From a virus (lineage: Duplodnaviria > Caudoviricetes): 26,366 nt of DNA. How positions within the stretch are numbered: position 1 is the stretch's first letter; the number at the start of each line of letters is the position of its first letter. The position numbers and the translations under genes were made by a program. Location of the stretch: positions 1 through 26,366 of the IMG/VR virus record IMGVR_UViG_3300049049_000085; one strand, written 5' to 3'. The notes beneath the pieces are model-generated. The model was given only the letters and a program-made list of their open reading frames with translations, searched no databases and was not told the origin of the DNA. Positions 1 to 7,884 of this stretch are shown one piece after another.

Positions 1-86
1 GCACCTGATGGCGCGGCCTTGAGAATGGCCTCGTCGTCGGTCTTGCCCTCGGCCGCGCCATCAGGTGCGGCTGCTGTCTCTGCCAT
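1..86 (-). CDS. 5' end of probable portal protein (partial, runs off window)
   Basis: ATG at 86 with GGAG RBS upstream; reads MAETAAAPDGAAEGKTDDEAILKAA; lies directly downstream of terL. Product inferred from position only. Confidence 0.5.
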   Translation of the reverse strand, partial: MAETAAAPDGAAEGKTDDEAILKAAPSG

Positions 87-180
87 GGTCTCTCCGGGCG
101 CATCACTGCGTTGCGGACCGCCGCATTATCGCCGGTTCCCCGCCGCGGCTATAGCGGGGCCGTGAAGAGTCTTTACTTTT

Positions 181-1542
181 TCATCCCATCCATCCCCCGC
201 CACCGCGTGGCGCTTCGTCTTCGTCCTGCGCCACAGTCGGCGCCTCGTACACCACGGCCATCAAGCCAATCGCATCGGCGCTGTGGCTCGACCAGTCATG
301 GAGCGGTCCAAGGCCGATGTTCCGCTCATCGTCCTTCTTCTCCTGATACCACGCGAGCGCTTCAAGACCGCCCTCTGTCGTCGGCGTCGTCTCGTGGTCT
401 GCCCCTGGCGGAGCGTTGAACCAGCACGCCGGGAACACGCGGCGCATGGCCTCAATTCGAGCCTTCGCGGCGCCCTTGCCCTGGTTCGGGACCACGTTCA
501 CCTCGTATTCAGCGGCACGGAACGCAGAGGCATACGACACGTCGTAAACCTTGTCGTGAGAGTCGCCATCGTGCGGCAGCCAGATTTGCGTGTTGCCCGG
601 CGTGTAGCCGCGTCGGCGCAGCCATTCCAGGTGCGCGCTGCCAGGCTGGCCCTGCACCTCGTAATGGTCCAACACGCGGATCTGCAGGCCGACAAACTGA
701 GCGATCCAGAACACGAAGTTGTCGGCCTTCGCGCCCGTTCCGCCGATGTCAGCGAACGCGCGGCGCGTGAGCAGCGGATCATGAGGGACGACGCTGATGC
801 GGCCCTGGGTCCTGGCGGCCGTCAACTGCGCTGCGTAGTAGGCGCCGACTGCCGCGGAGACATACCCGCCCTCCCACACGTGATCGTAGGTGTCAGGCTC
901 TTCGCGCTGCCACTTCTCACGCAGGCGCTGGAGCACCGCCGGGAACCACGGGTTGTCCCGCCAGTTCATCTCGGCGATCTTCACGCGCGGATCTGGCGTG
1001 GCATGGCGGAAGCGCTTGTCCGTCGCGCTGCCTTTGCGTCTCGGATTCCACGTCAGCCACAGCTCAGCGTTCCAGCCTTCGCCCTCTTCGCGCAGCGTCG
1101 GGATCAGCGTCTGCCAGGCGGTCTCGGTGACGTCTTCCGCTTCCTCGACCCAGCAAATGAGGATGCGGGCCTTCGACTTGATGCTGCTGATGTTCGATGT
1201 GAGGCCGGCGAACTCGTAACTCACCGTGCCGGCGCCTGCGATCGGCTGCGTGCGGATGTACTTCTCGCCCACCTCGTAGGCGTTCGCGAGCCACGGCTCT
1301 GAAGCAATAGCCGCCTTGACCTCGGCGAGCGACGAATCACCCAGGCTGTTCAGGTGCTGGCGCGCGCACAGCAGGATGCCGCTGACGCCCATCGCCGCGA
1401 ACATGAGCCCGCGCACCGCCGTCATCTTGGCAAAGGTGCGCGTCTTCGCGCTACCGCGTCCGCCCCACGCTCCGCGCACGTCCGCCTCGCCATCGAAGAC
1501 GGGGACGAGCTTCTCGGGGAGTTGGACGCTGACTGCTGTCAT
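181..1542 (-). CDS. terL: Terminase large subunit (PBSX/Terminase_3-like)
   Basis: Walker A GGRGSAKT, Walker B WVEEAE, TWNP coupling motif, C-terminal nuclease (DIGG...HDWSSHSADA). Start placed at MTAVSVQ (1542), which overlaps the terS stop (ATGA). Confidence 0.95.
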   Translation of the reverse strand: MTAVSVQLPEKLVPVFDGEADVRGAWGGRGSAKTRTFAKMTAVRGLMFAAMGVSGILLCARQHLNSLGDSSLAEVKAAIASEPWLANAYEVGEKYIRTQPIAGAGTVSYEFAGLTSNISSIKSKARILICWVEEAEDVTETAWQTLIPTLREEGEGWNAELWLTWNPRRKGSATDKRFRHATPDPRVKIAEMNWRDNPWFPAVLQRLREKWQREEPDTYDHVWEGGYVSAAVGAYYAAQLTAARTQGRISVVPHDPLLTRRAFADIGGTGAKADNFVFWIAQFVGLQIRVLDHYEVQGQPGSAHLEWLRRRGYTPGNTQIWLPHDGDSHDKVYDVSYASAFRAAEYEVNVVPNQGKGAAKARIEAMRRVFPACWFNAPPGADHETTPTTEGGLEALAWYQEKKDDERNIGLGPLHDWSSHSADAIGLMAVVYEAPTVAQDEDEAPRGGGGWMG

Positions 1543-1832
1543 CCCGGCTTCACCGCCACCATCCGAATCTCGGTGACGGCCTGCACCGGCCCACCACCCT
1601 CGCCCGTTACCTGCAGCGGCAGCAACTTGGTGTAAATCTGTCCCCAGAACACGCGCTCGTTCGCCGGGTCTTCCTGCGCCCACTCGATCAGGCGCGCAGT
1701 CCCGCCGAGCCCCTCAGCTGCTGCTGCGATGGCCTCTTTCGCCAGCGTCGTCGTCTTGTTGGGCACACCCTTGCGCGAGCCGCCAGGCGGTTGTGGCCGT
1801 TTCGACACTTTCTCGGCACTTTGCTGCGCCAT
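1539..1832 (-). CDS. terS: Terminase small subunit-like protein
   Basis: GGSRKGVPNKTT N-terminal motif, LLPLQVTGEGGGPV tail, coupled to terL; start MAQQ at 1832. Confidence 0.75.
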   Translation of the reverse strand: MAQQSAEKVSKRPQPPGGSRKGVPNKTTTLAKEAIAAAAEGLGGTARLIEWAQEDPANERVFWGQIYTKLLPLQVTGEGGGPVQAVTEIRMVAVKPG

Positions 1833-1969
1833 CACTCGCTCCTCGTCACGGATAGCCAGAACGGTGGCAGCGGTCGAACCGACAGCGCAGCCTTGCGCAA
1901 GGCGTTGCGCCAACGGATGGCCCGCGCCCTGCGGGAAGTAAACCGCCGCTTGTGCTCGCGCATCTTCAT
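1832..1969 (-). CDS. Small basic hypothetical protein (45 aa)
   Basis: MKMREHKRRFTSRR...; fills the gap exactly with start/stop overlaps at both ends; not in the ORF track. Confidence 0.5.
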   Translation of the reverse strand: MKMREHKRRFTSRRARAIRWRNALRKAALSVRPLPPFWLSVTRSE

Positions 1970-2259
1970 GCTTCCCTCGTCACCAGTTCAATCGCTTCTG
2001 CTTCGCTCGTGACGCAGGCCCAGTGCCCGCCCCACTCAGCTGCGAACTTCTCTTGCTCCGGCGTGAGCTTTCTTGCGCTCGGAGGCTTTGAGCCATCCTT
2101 CACCTCGATCAGCCAGAGCTTTGCGGTCGGGCCCGCAGCCGCCACCAGATCCGGGAACCCGTTGCCCATGCCCGACGTGTCCGCCACGCTCGCGCCGATC
2201 GCCCTCAGCGCCTTGACGATGGGGGCGTGATTTGCGTCTGTGCGCGCTGCTCTACGCAT
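1966..2259 (-). CDS. VRR-NUC / PD-(D/E)xK endonuclease (resolvase-like)
   Basis: GFPDL...LIEVK...LTPEQ motif set. Confidence 0.85.
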   Translation of the reverse strand: MRRAARTDANHAPIVKALRAIGASVADTSGMGNGFPDLVAAAGPTAKLWLIEVKDGSKPPSARKLTPEQEKFAAEWGGHWACVTSEAEAIELVTREA

Positions 2260-2478
2260 TCAATCACCGTACCCGCGGACAGGGTGCAACCTCGTCAGCA
2301 TCTCGACGGCCTTTGCCATGACGGTGTGCTGTGCTGCCAGTTCAGGCAGGCCCTTGCTGAGGAGGTCCATGCATTCCTCCAAGCCCTGCAGGCGCACGGC
2401 AATCTGCCGGATGGCCTGATCAACATCCATGGGGCAATCGCTCACAAAGACCGTCAGGTCACCTTCGCCGTTTTTCAC
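2260..2478 (-). CDS. Hypothetical protein
   Basis: Tiles the leftward operon with overlapping start/stop. Confidence 0.55.
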   Translation of the reverse strand: MKNGEGDLTVFVSDCPMDVDQAIRQIAVRLQGLEECMDLLSKGLPELAAQHTVMAKAVEMLTRLHPVRGYGD

Positions 2479-2582
2479 GTCTCATCCCTCACGTTCCGCG
2501 ACACCAGCCAGACGACAAATGCGCCTCCGACCAGGAAGCCGATGACGAAGCCGACGCAGCTGGCGAGTTGGATCTCGGTCAT
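2475..2582 (-). CDS. Small membrane protein (35 aa)
   Basis: MTEIQLASCVGFVIGFLVGGAFVVWLVSRNVRDET; one hydrophobic helix; coupled at both ends. Confidence 0.55.
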   Translation of the reverse strand: MTEIQLASCVGFVIGFLVGGAFVVWLVSRNVRDET

Positions 2583-2878
2583 GCTGTCACATGCTCAGGC
2601 TTGCCGGCCCAGGTCAGCGTTTCGTCGTCGCCGTCGTTGTCTCGAATGGGCCGCAACTCCCTGTCATCGACCCACGCGTTACCTCCGGCCTCGGCCGAAG
2701 AGCCAAATGCGCCCACCTCGCGGCTACCGATGAAGAACTGCACCGGCCGACTTGCCTGCTCGAAAGTCCACGTTGAGTCACGCGGGTCCAGCGACAGCAC
2801 GCGCAGCATGATGCCGACGTTCTTTTCCTCTACCGGTCCACGGCACATCACCGCCAAATCGCCAGGCTTGCAGTTCAT
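2579..2878 (-). CDS. Hypothetical phage protein
   Basis: MNCKPGDLAV...LRPIRDNDGDDETL; ATGA coupling. Confidence 0.7.
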   Translation of the reverse strand: MNCKPGDLAVMCRGPVEEKNVGIMLRVLSLDPRDSTWTFEQASRPVQFFIGSREVGAFGSSAEAGGNAWVDDRELRPIRDNDGDDETLTWAGKPEHVTA

Positions 2879-2958
2879 GCCAGCCACCACGCAAGAACAA
2901 GGAACGGCACCCACCAGAAGAAAGCCAGGGACATGCCGCAGAGTGGTCCGAGTTTCAT
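2875..2958 (-). CDS. Small hydrophobic peptide (27 aa)
   Basis: MKLGPLCGMSLAFFWWVPFLVLAWWLA; ATGA overlaps at both ends. Confidence 0.45.
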   Translation of the reverse strand: MKLGPLCGMSLAFFWWVPFLVLAWWLA

Positions 2959-3167
2959 GCTGCTCTCCAGTCCGGAAACGTTGCCCGCGGGTGGATGCGC
3001 GGGAATTGCAGTTCCACCTCAGGTTCCTCGGGTTCGGTCAGAACCGTGTCGAGCACCCCGTCACGGCCCTTGACGCAAAGACGCTCGGAAGGGATGCCGA
3101 CACGCAGTGCGTAGTGCGGGCAGCTCTCGCGCTTCTTGCACCAGCCGCCCATGCAGGATTGAGTCAT
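2955..3167 (-). CDS. Cys-rich hypothetical protein
   Basis: MTQSCMGGWCKKRESCPHY; ATGA overlap with the upstream stop. Confidence 0.6.
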   Translation of the reverse strand: MTQSCMGGWCKKRESCPHYALRVGIPSERLCVKGRDGVLDTVLTEPEEPEVELQFPRIHPRATFPDWRAA

Positions 3168-3937
3168 GACGTCGCCTTTCGCCCTGCCGGCCTGTAGCTC
3201 TCCCAGTCGAACGGCACCCACCGGCACGTTTCCTTCAGGCGATCGAAGGTGCGCTCACCAACGAACGAGGAGAACCCCTGCCGATCCTGGTTCGTCAGGA
3301 GGACAGTCGGCTTCACCTCGCGATACCTGCGATCGAGGATGTCGAACAGGATGGTCTGTTCGCCGTCTGTGCCGTACTGCATCCCGACTTCATCGATCAC
3401 CAGCAGGTCAAGCACCTCGAAGTACCGAAGCATCTGCGTCTCGGTCTTCTCGCTGTCCCGGCGCCACGTTTCGCGGATGGCGCGGATCAGGTCCATGCAG
3501 GTGACGTACCGCACGTCCCTGCTCATCTGCGCCTGGAGGATCGCGCCGGCCAGGTGGCTCTTCCCAGTTCCAGGCCTGCCCGAGAAGATCAGGCCGGAGC
3601 CCTTCTCGGCGAGCTCGGCGAAGCGCTCGGAGAAGTCGCGCGCCACCGTCAGGGCGTGCTTCTTCTCCGGCGTGTCGGCGTCGAAGTTGTCGAACGACCG
3701 GCCGCGGAACCGCTGCGGGATGCTCGCGCAGTCCAGCATCACCAAGTGGCGGCGCTCGCGGGCTTCGGCCTCTTGCTGGCGAGCGCGATCGACTGCCTCG
3801 CGCTCTGCGGCCGTGGTGCATTCGGGACACTTCGACCAGATGCGACCGAAGAAATTGCGGCTGAGGAACTGGCCGTGCTCGGGGCACTCGGCTTGCTTCT
3901 CGGTGCCGTGCATGACGCGTTCAGGCGAGTGATCCAT
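3164..3937 (-). CDS. DnaC/IstB-like AAA+ helicase loader
   Basis: N-terminal CPEH/CPEC zinc motif, Walker A GRPGTGKS, Walker B LLVIDE, LLTN sensor; follows the initiator gene. Confidence 0.92.
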   Translation of the reverse strand: MDHSPERVMHGTEKQAECPEHGQFLSRNFFGRIWSKCPECTTAAEREAVDRARQQEAEARERRHLVMLDCASIPQRFRGRSFDNFDADTPEKKHALTVARDFSERFAELAEKGSGLIFSGRPGTGKSHLAGAILQAQMSRDVRYVTCMDLIRAIRETWRRDSEKTETQMLRYFEVLDLLVIDEVGMQYGTDGEQTILFDILDRRYREVKPTVLLTNQDRQGFSSFVGERTFDRLKETCRWVPFDWESYRPAGRKATS

Positions 3938-4703
3938 CTGCTTCGATTCCTTGTCGGTAGTCCTTCGTTGCGAATCCGGTGTGCTTCTGGCTCCCAGGCG
4001 GACCCGTGCCTCGCTCGTTCGGCTTTAGCCATGCGGCCTCCAGCCCCTGCGACCCGCGGCGACACCAGATCACGACGAATTGCTCAAGAGTCAGCCCCAC
4101 CTTTGCGGCCTCTTCCCTGGCGCCTTGAACGACGGTCTCAGTGACCGGCGCCTTCTTCTGCCTTCGGAGTTCGTTGAAGTCGTCCCAAATCTGCTCTGAC
4201 ACGTCCTCAGGGCGGGCAACGCGCTTGCGCGTCCTCTCTCCTGAACGAAGTGAAGGAGAGTTCTTCTCTTCTCTTCTCTTCTCTTCTCTTATCGGTTTCG
4301 TCTGGGTTTCATTTGGGTTCTCGCTGGGTTCGCCATGGGTTACCCGTGGGTTTTCCGTGGGTTCCGTCTGGGTTTTTTCCTTGCGAGGACGACCGCCTTT
4401 GTGGCCGTTTTCCCACGCAGCGAAGAGCGAAGCGTTCTTCTCAGCCCACCCGCAGACAGTGATCGTGTCGCCATTGCGCTCTATGAACCCGGCGTCAGAC
4501 AGCGCTTTCTCGAACTCTTCCGCGTCACCCTGGAACTTGCACTGCGCCTTCAGGCCGCGGGTCGGCATAACGAAGGTGTCGGACTTCCGCTCCTGGCAGT
4601 GAGCCCACAAGCGCAGGATGCACAGCGGCGCCGTCGGATCGCCGAGCGCGTCGGTCACCATGCCAGTGCGCCAGTGGTCCAGGAAGTCCGGATCTACGAT
4701 CAC
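3921..4703 (-). CDS. Phage replication initiator
   Basis: N-terminal helical domain, GGRPRK and a low-complexity linker holding iterons, REEKRREEK, C-terminal WDDF..LR..KKAP domain; upstream of the DnaC-like gene. Confidence 0.85.
   Translation of the reverse strand: MIVDPDFLDHWRTGMVTDALGDPTAPLCILRLWAHCQERKSDTFVMPTRGLKAQCKFQGDAEEFEKALSDAGFIERNGDTITVCGWAEKNASLFAAWENGHKGGRPRKEKTQTEPTENPRVTHGEPSENPNETQTKPIREEKRREEKNSPSLRSGERTRKRVARPEDVSEQIWDDFNELRRQKKAPVTETVVQGAREEAAKVGLTLEQFVVIWCRRGSQGLEAAWLKPNERGTGPPGSQKHTGFATKDYRQGIEADGSLA
4262..4374. repeat. Replication origin candidate: TGGGTT iterons at 11-bp period next to a (TCTTC)n tract
   Basis: TGGGTT at 4303, 4314, 4325, 4336, 4347, 4358, 4369 and variant TCGGTT at 4292; pyrimidine tract 4261-4290; inside the initiator gene as in lambdoid origins. 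Confidence 0.8.
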
Positions 4704-5174
4704 TCAGGCCTCCAGATACCGGCCCACACCAGCCGCAGCGAAGCCGGCCCCGAACGGCTGCACCCCTGGTGCCACGGTGTATCGAGGGTCGTGTGTCCAG
4801 TCCGGGCACACCGTCCTCTTCACGCCCTCAGGGACGATGACAGCGGCTTCGGTCTTCTGCGCGCGCCCTGGCGTTCCTGGGAGGCTCAGCGGCCAGACCT
4901 TGTAGGCCAGGATCTGCTTGGCGCCCTTGCGCTTGCGCTTCTGCTCGTTCGTGAGCGGGTGGCGAGCCTCGTAGGCCTCAGCAGCCGCTTGCGTGGCGAA
5001 GTAGCGGGTGGAGCGGAACCGGACAGCCCGGAAGAGCTGCTTGGCGATGAACATCCGGCTCAGGTGGTTCTGCGTCGCTTTGTAGGAGCTGACGTCGAGT
5101 CCGGCCATCGCTTCGTCAATGGAGACGCCATCGAAGGCGCTCGCGAGGCTCAGAAGCAGTTCGGTCCTGTTCAT
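4704..5174 (-). CDS. Hypothetical protein (basic, possibly DNA-binding)
   Basis: Tiles the operon; no recognised family. Confidence 0.65.
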   Translation of the reverse strand: MNRTELLLSLASAFDGVSIDEAMAGLDVSSYKATQNHLSRMFIAKQLFRAVRFRSTRYFATQAAAEAYEARHPLTNEQKRKRKGAKQILAYKVWPLSLPGTPGRAQKTEAAVIVPEGVKRTVCPDWTHDPRYTVAPGVQPFGAGFAAAGVGRYLEA

Positions 5175-5177
5175 GGC

Positions 5178-5609
5178 TCAGAACCCGCCGCAGGCGTTGC
5201 CCTTCTTCAGCTCGACCACGCGCACGTAGAGCCAGCCTGCTTTCTCGGCCAGGGCTTTGCACTGCTCGGCTGCGGACGGGATCTCAAACGGCCGCGCGCG
5301 AACCCTCTTGGCCTTGTGTGTGGTGACGTAGCGCCCTTCGCTCCACAGTTCAGGAGCGCGCTCGCCATTTCTCAGTCTGGCCGCACGCGTCACTTCAAGC
5401 AGTTCGTCCCACTCGCGAATCGCCTTCTCGGCGGCGTCCTTCGCAGCGTCCAGTTCAGCCCGGCTGAACCCCTCGACACTCCAGCCCTTGTGATACCCGC
5501 TGGGGCCAGCCGACGCCTTCGGCTTCACCGGGCGCTTGGCGTTTTCGTTTGCGCGAACCATGCCCTCGGACATGATCCGGCCGCCGACGTTGAATGTGAT
5601 CTCGCTCAT
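5178..5609 (-). CDS. Hypothetical protein
   Basis: ATGA-coupled to the upstream gene. Confidence 0.65.
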   Translation of the reverse strand: MSEITFNVGGRIMSEGMVRANENAKRPVKPKASAGPSGYHKGWSVEGFSRAELDAAKDAAEKAIREWDELLEVTRAARLRNGERAPELWSEGRYVTTHKAKRVRARPFEIPSAAEQCKALAEKAGWLYVRVVELKKGNACGGF

Positions 5610-6004
5610 GACTTTCCCTGCAGCAGCTGCCGCATCAGCTTGTTCTCAGCCTCAGCAGCCAGCGCGCGAGCCTCAGCAGCTTCAGCGCGGCGCTCGGCCT
5701 CGGTCTTGATCACCACCAGCGTGCAGCCGACCTGATAGGCCAGCCACTCGGGATAGATCGTGTTGCCCACGGCATCGCAGAACTTCGCCAACAGGTCCGC
5801 CTGGAGCGTGGCCTTGCCCTTCTTGATGTTCGAGAAGTAGCCGGCGTCGATGTCCAGGGACAGGTAGATCTCCTTGTCCTCCAGGCCGCTCACGCTGCAT
5901 GCCAAGGTAAAGGCGGCGCCGGACGACTTCTGCGCGCGCACCATCTCAATGGGGACGGCGGCACGCTCGGGAGTCCTGGAGAGGAGCAACTCAATCTGAC
6001 TCAT
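5606..6004 (-). CDS. CII-like HTH transcriptional regulator
   Basis: HTH-like LEDKEIYLSLDIDAGYFSNIKKG, C-terminal coiled coil, position right after cro. Confidence 0.7.
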   Translation of the reverse strand: MSQIELLLSRTPERAAVPIEMVRAQKSSGAAFTLACSVSGLEDKEIYLSLDIDAGYFSNIKKGKATLQADLLAKFCDAVGNTIYPEWLAYQVGCTLVVIKTEAERRAEAAEARALAAEAENKLMRQLLQGKS

Positions 6005-6080
6005 GCTCTTTGAACCGGCTTGAGTACCCCGTCAGGGCAAAAAAAGAGACAGTCCGCTTCATGACGAACTGTCCTCACGA

Positions 6081-6116
6081 AGAAAAACGCCCAGCCGGAA
6101 TCACTCACGGCCGGGC
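6081..6116 (-). terminator. tR1-like intrinsic terminator after cro
   Basis: Minus strand GCCCGGCCG-loop-CGGCTGGGC followed by GTTTTTCTT. Confidence 0.6.
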
Positions 6117-6171
6117 AAAGCTCACGCCCCATCAGGAGGGGAGGGGTGGGCGTGAGGAGGGGCATGGGGAC

Positions 6172-6375
6172 TCAGGCGGCGGCGCGGTCTTGCTCGGGCG
6201 CCGCGCCGCTTTCGCGAAGCAGTTCAAGCGCACGCCCGAGCGCGTAGGCCGGGTTCGTGGTCTTGCCGCTGTTCAGGTCGCTGATGGCCGCCTGAGAGGC
6301 GCCGACGCGCTCGGCGATCTGCTGCTGCGTCCAGCCGCGCTTCCGAAGATCGGTGAGCAGGGATTGCCAGTTCAT
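6172..6375 (-). CDS. cro: Cro-like repressor
   Basis: 67-aa XRE HTH (WTQQQIAERVGASQAAISDL), divergent from cI. Confidence 0.9.
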   Translation of the reverse strand: MNWQSLLTDLRKRGWTQQQIAERVGASQAAISDLNSGKTTNPAYALGRALELLRESGAAPEQDRAAA

Positions 6376-6390
6376 GGGGGTGCGTGATGC

Positions 6391-6448
6391 ATCGGTTTGC
6401 CGATATTGTGGACATCGGTAGGCCGATTGTCAATATCGGCAGACTGAT
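6391..6448. promoter_or_regulatory. OR-like operator triplet with PR promoter
   Basis: ATCGG-N4-CCGAT palindromes at 6391-6404, 6414-6427 and 6435-6448 (one mismatch); minus-strand TTGACA (6433-6428)-17 bp-CACAAT (6410-6405). Confidence 0.85.
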
Positions 6449-6452
6449 AGGG

Positions 6453-6926
6453 ATGAACGCGCGCGGTCGCACCCCCTTCGGTCAGCGGATGCTTGAGGCA
6501 CGCCGCGAGGCGAAGCTCACGCAGGTTCAGGTCTGCAAGGCGCTGGACATCGCGCAAAGCACCCTGAGCGAACTGGAGACCAGCGCGCTCAGCACGGGCC
6601 GGGTGGCCGAGTTCGCTGTGCTCTACAGGCGCGATCCGCTCTGGCTGGCGACGGGCGGCGGTGACCACGCCCCGTCAAGCGAAAAAGTGCACCTTGATGC
6701 AGGTCAATCGTTGGATGCTGAATCGCAGCAGATTGCTACAGCCTATGCCAACCTGAGTCCGACCGAGAGGCGCCGCTTCCGCCACCTTCTGGCGGCAGCA
6801 CGAGACGATGCGCTGATGCTCGGGGACGACCGGGGCGAACTTTGGACTTCACGGAGCAAGGAGCAGTTGATAGACGAGACGCGAGCGAGAACCGGGACAC
6901 CAGGCAAGAAACGGAGGCTCGGATGA
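6453..6926 (+). CDS. cI: CI-like repressor (XRE HTH, no S24 peptidase domain)
   Basis: FGQRMLEARREAKLTQVQVCKALDIAQSTLSELE...DPLWLATG; start at ATG 6453, downstream of the operators. Confidence 0.85.
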   Translation: MNARGRTPFGQRMLEARREAKLTQVQVCKALDIAQSTLSELETSALSTGRVAEFAVLYRRDPLWLATGGGDHAPSSEKVHLDAGQSLDAESQQIATAYANLSPTERRRFRHLLAAARDDALMLGDDRGELWTSRSKEQLIDETRARTGTPGKKRRLG

Positions 6927-7168
6927 GGCCGCCCTTTCGCCTGGTGGCGCTGGACCACGTTTCGACAGACACCGTGTCGTGCCTGCGCGACCTGCTCGCG
7001 CGGGCCGAGCGCGGCGAGGTGATCGGCGTGGCCTACGCGGCCATGTACAAGCGGCGGAAGTACACAGTCCACGTCTGCGGGGAGGCGGATCGCAATCCGA
7101 CCTTCGCGCGCGGGATGGTAGGTGCCCTGGGTGACGAGCTGTCCAAGCGCGTCTGGGGTGAGGCATGA
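6923..7168 (+). CDS. Hypothetical protein coupled to cI
   Basis: MRPPFRLV...; GGAGG RBS and ATGA overlap with the cI stop. Confidence 0.7.
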   Translation: MRPPFRLVALDHVSTDTVSCLRDLLARAERGEVIGVAYAAMYKRRKYTVHVCGEADRNPTFARGMVGALGDELSKRVWGEA

Positions 7169-7190
7169 CTTTTCACGGAGGGGGACTGGT

Positions 7191-7454
7191 ATGCGCGTAG
7201 TTCGTTGGGTGGTAGCCGGCGCGGTCTGCGCCAACCTGTCGGGGTGCTTCTTCATCTTCATCCCTGGTTCGCTGCTTCGGAAGGTCGGCGACTCCATCAG
7301 CGGGGCCGAGGGTGAGCACTGCGTGTCCCGATCTGTGAAGGTCGGCGACCGGGTGACGTTCGGCGACAAGGTAGGCACCGTGCAGTCTCTGTCCGGACCA
7401 TCCGGGCAGTGCCAGGACACAACCATTCCGATCAGGGCCGCCGTAGCGTTCTGA
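7191..7454 (+). CDS. Lipoprotein in the immunity operon
   Basis: Signal peptide with lipobox LSGC; GGAGG RBS. Confidence 0.75.
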   Translation: MRVVRWVVAGAVCANLSGCFFIFIPGSLLRKVGDSISGAEGEHCVSRSVKVGDRVTFGDKVGTVQSLSGPSGQCQDTTIPIRAAVAF

Positions 7455-7460
7455 TCACGA

Positions 7461-7485
7461 GCCCGCCGCGTGCGGGCATTTTTTT
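7461..7485 (+). terminator. Intrinsic terminator of the cI operon
   Basis: GCCCGC-CGCGT-GCGGGC then ATTTTTTT. Confidence 0.85.
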
Positions 7486-7495
7486 GGGCAGAAAT

Positions 7496-7536
7496 ATCGG
7501 CAAACCGTTGACACTGGATATCGGCTGGCCGATACT
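7496..7536 (+). promoter_or_regulatory. PL-like promoter with two OL operators
   Basis: TTGACA 7508-7513, 17 bp, GATACT 7531-7536; operators ATCGGCAAACCGTT 7496-7509 and ATCGGCTGGCCGAT 7520-7533. Confidence 0.9.
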
Positions 7537-7566
7537 CTCTCCATCGCAAACGCACCGGAGAGCCAG

Positions 7567-7884
7567 ATGCCCAGCACCCAAGCACAGACAGTCACGATCG
7601 ACGGCTTCGTGCTGTTCGATGCCGACCGCGCTTCGTACGGAGACGAGAAGCCGTTCCGGTGGGTCAATGGCGCACCGAGCATGTACGGCAAGGCATACCA
7701 AGACGCGTGCGTCGCCCGGCACCCGATCACGTTCACGCTGCCGGTTGACTTCCACCCGACTGCGGCGCTTGTGAAGGCATTGGAGCGCGAGCGCGAAGCG
7801 GTGCAGCGCGAGTTCGCGGCGAAGGTCGCGGAGATCAACGCGCGCATCAGCAAGCTGCTTGCGATCACCAATGAGGCCGCGTAA
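7567..7884 (+). CDS. Hypothetical protein, first gene of the PL operon
   Basis: GGAG RBS; C-terminal coiled coil ending KLLAIT. Confidence 0.75.
   Translation: MPSTQAQTVTIDGFVLFDADRASYGDEKPFRWVNGAPSMYGKAYQDACVARHPITFTLPVDFHPTAALVKALEREREAVQREFAAKVAEINARISKLLAITNEAA

Noticed and set aside
1-68. Perfect 18-bp inverted repeat (1-18 vs 51-68) as a hairpin telomere or terminal repeat
   Set aside because: It lies at the sequence edge inside a coding region and no protelomerase is visible; it is most simply a fold-back read or assembly artefact seeded by GGCCGCGC microhomology. Read mapping would settle it.
283-1302. Long opposite-strand ORFs (also 4335-5735, 19086-20150, 23675-25684)
   Set aside because: Shadow frames of well-supported genes in high-GC DNA, with no recognisable motifs.
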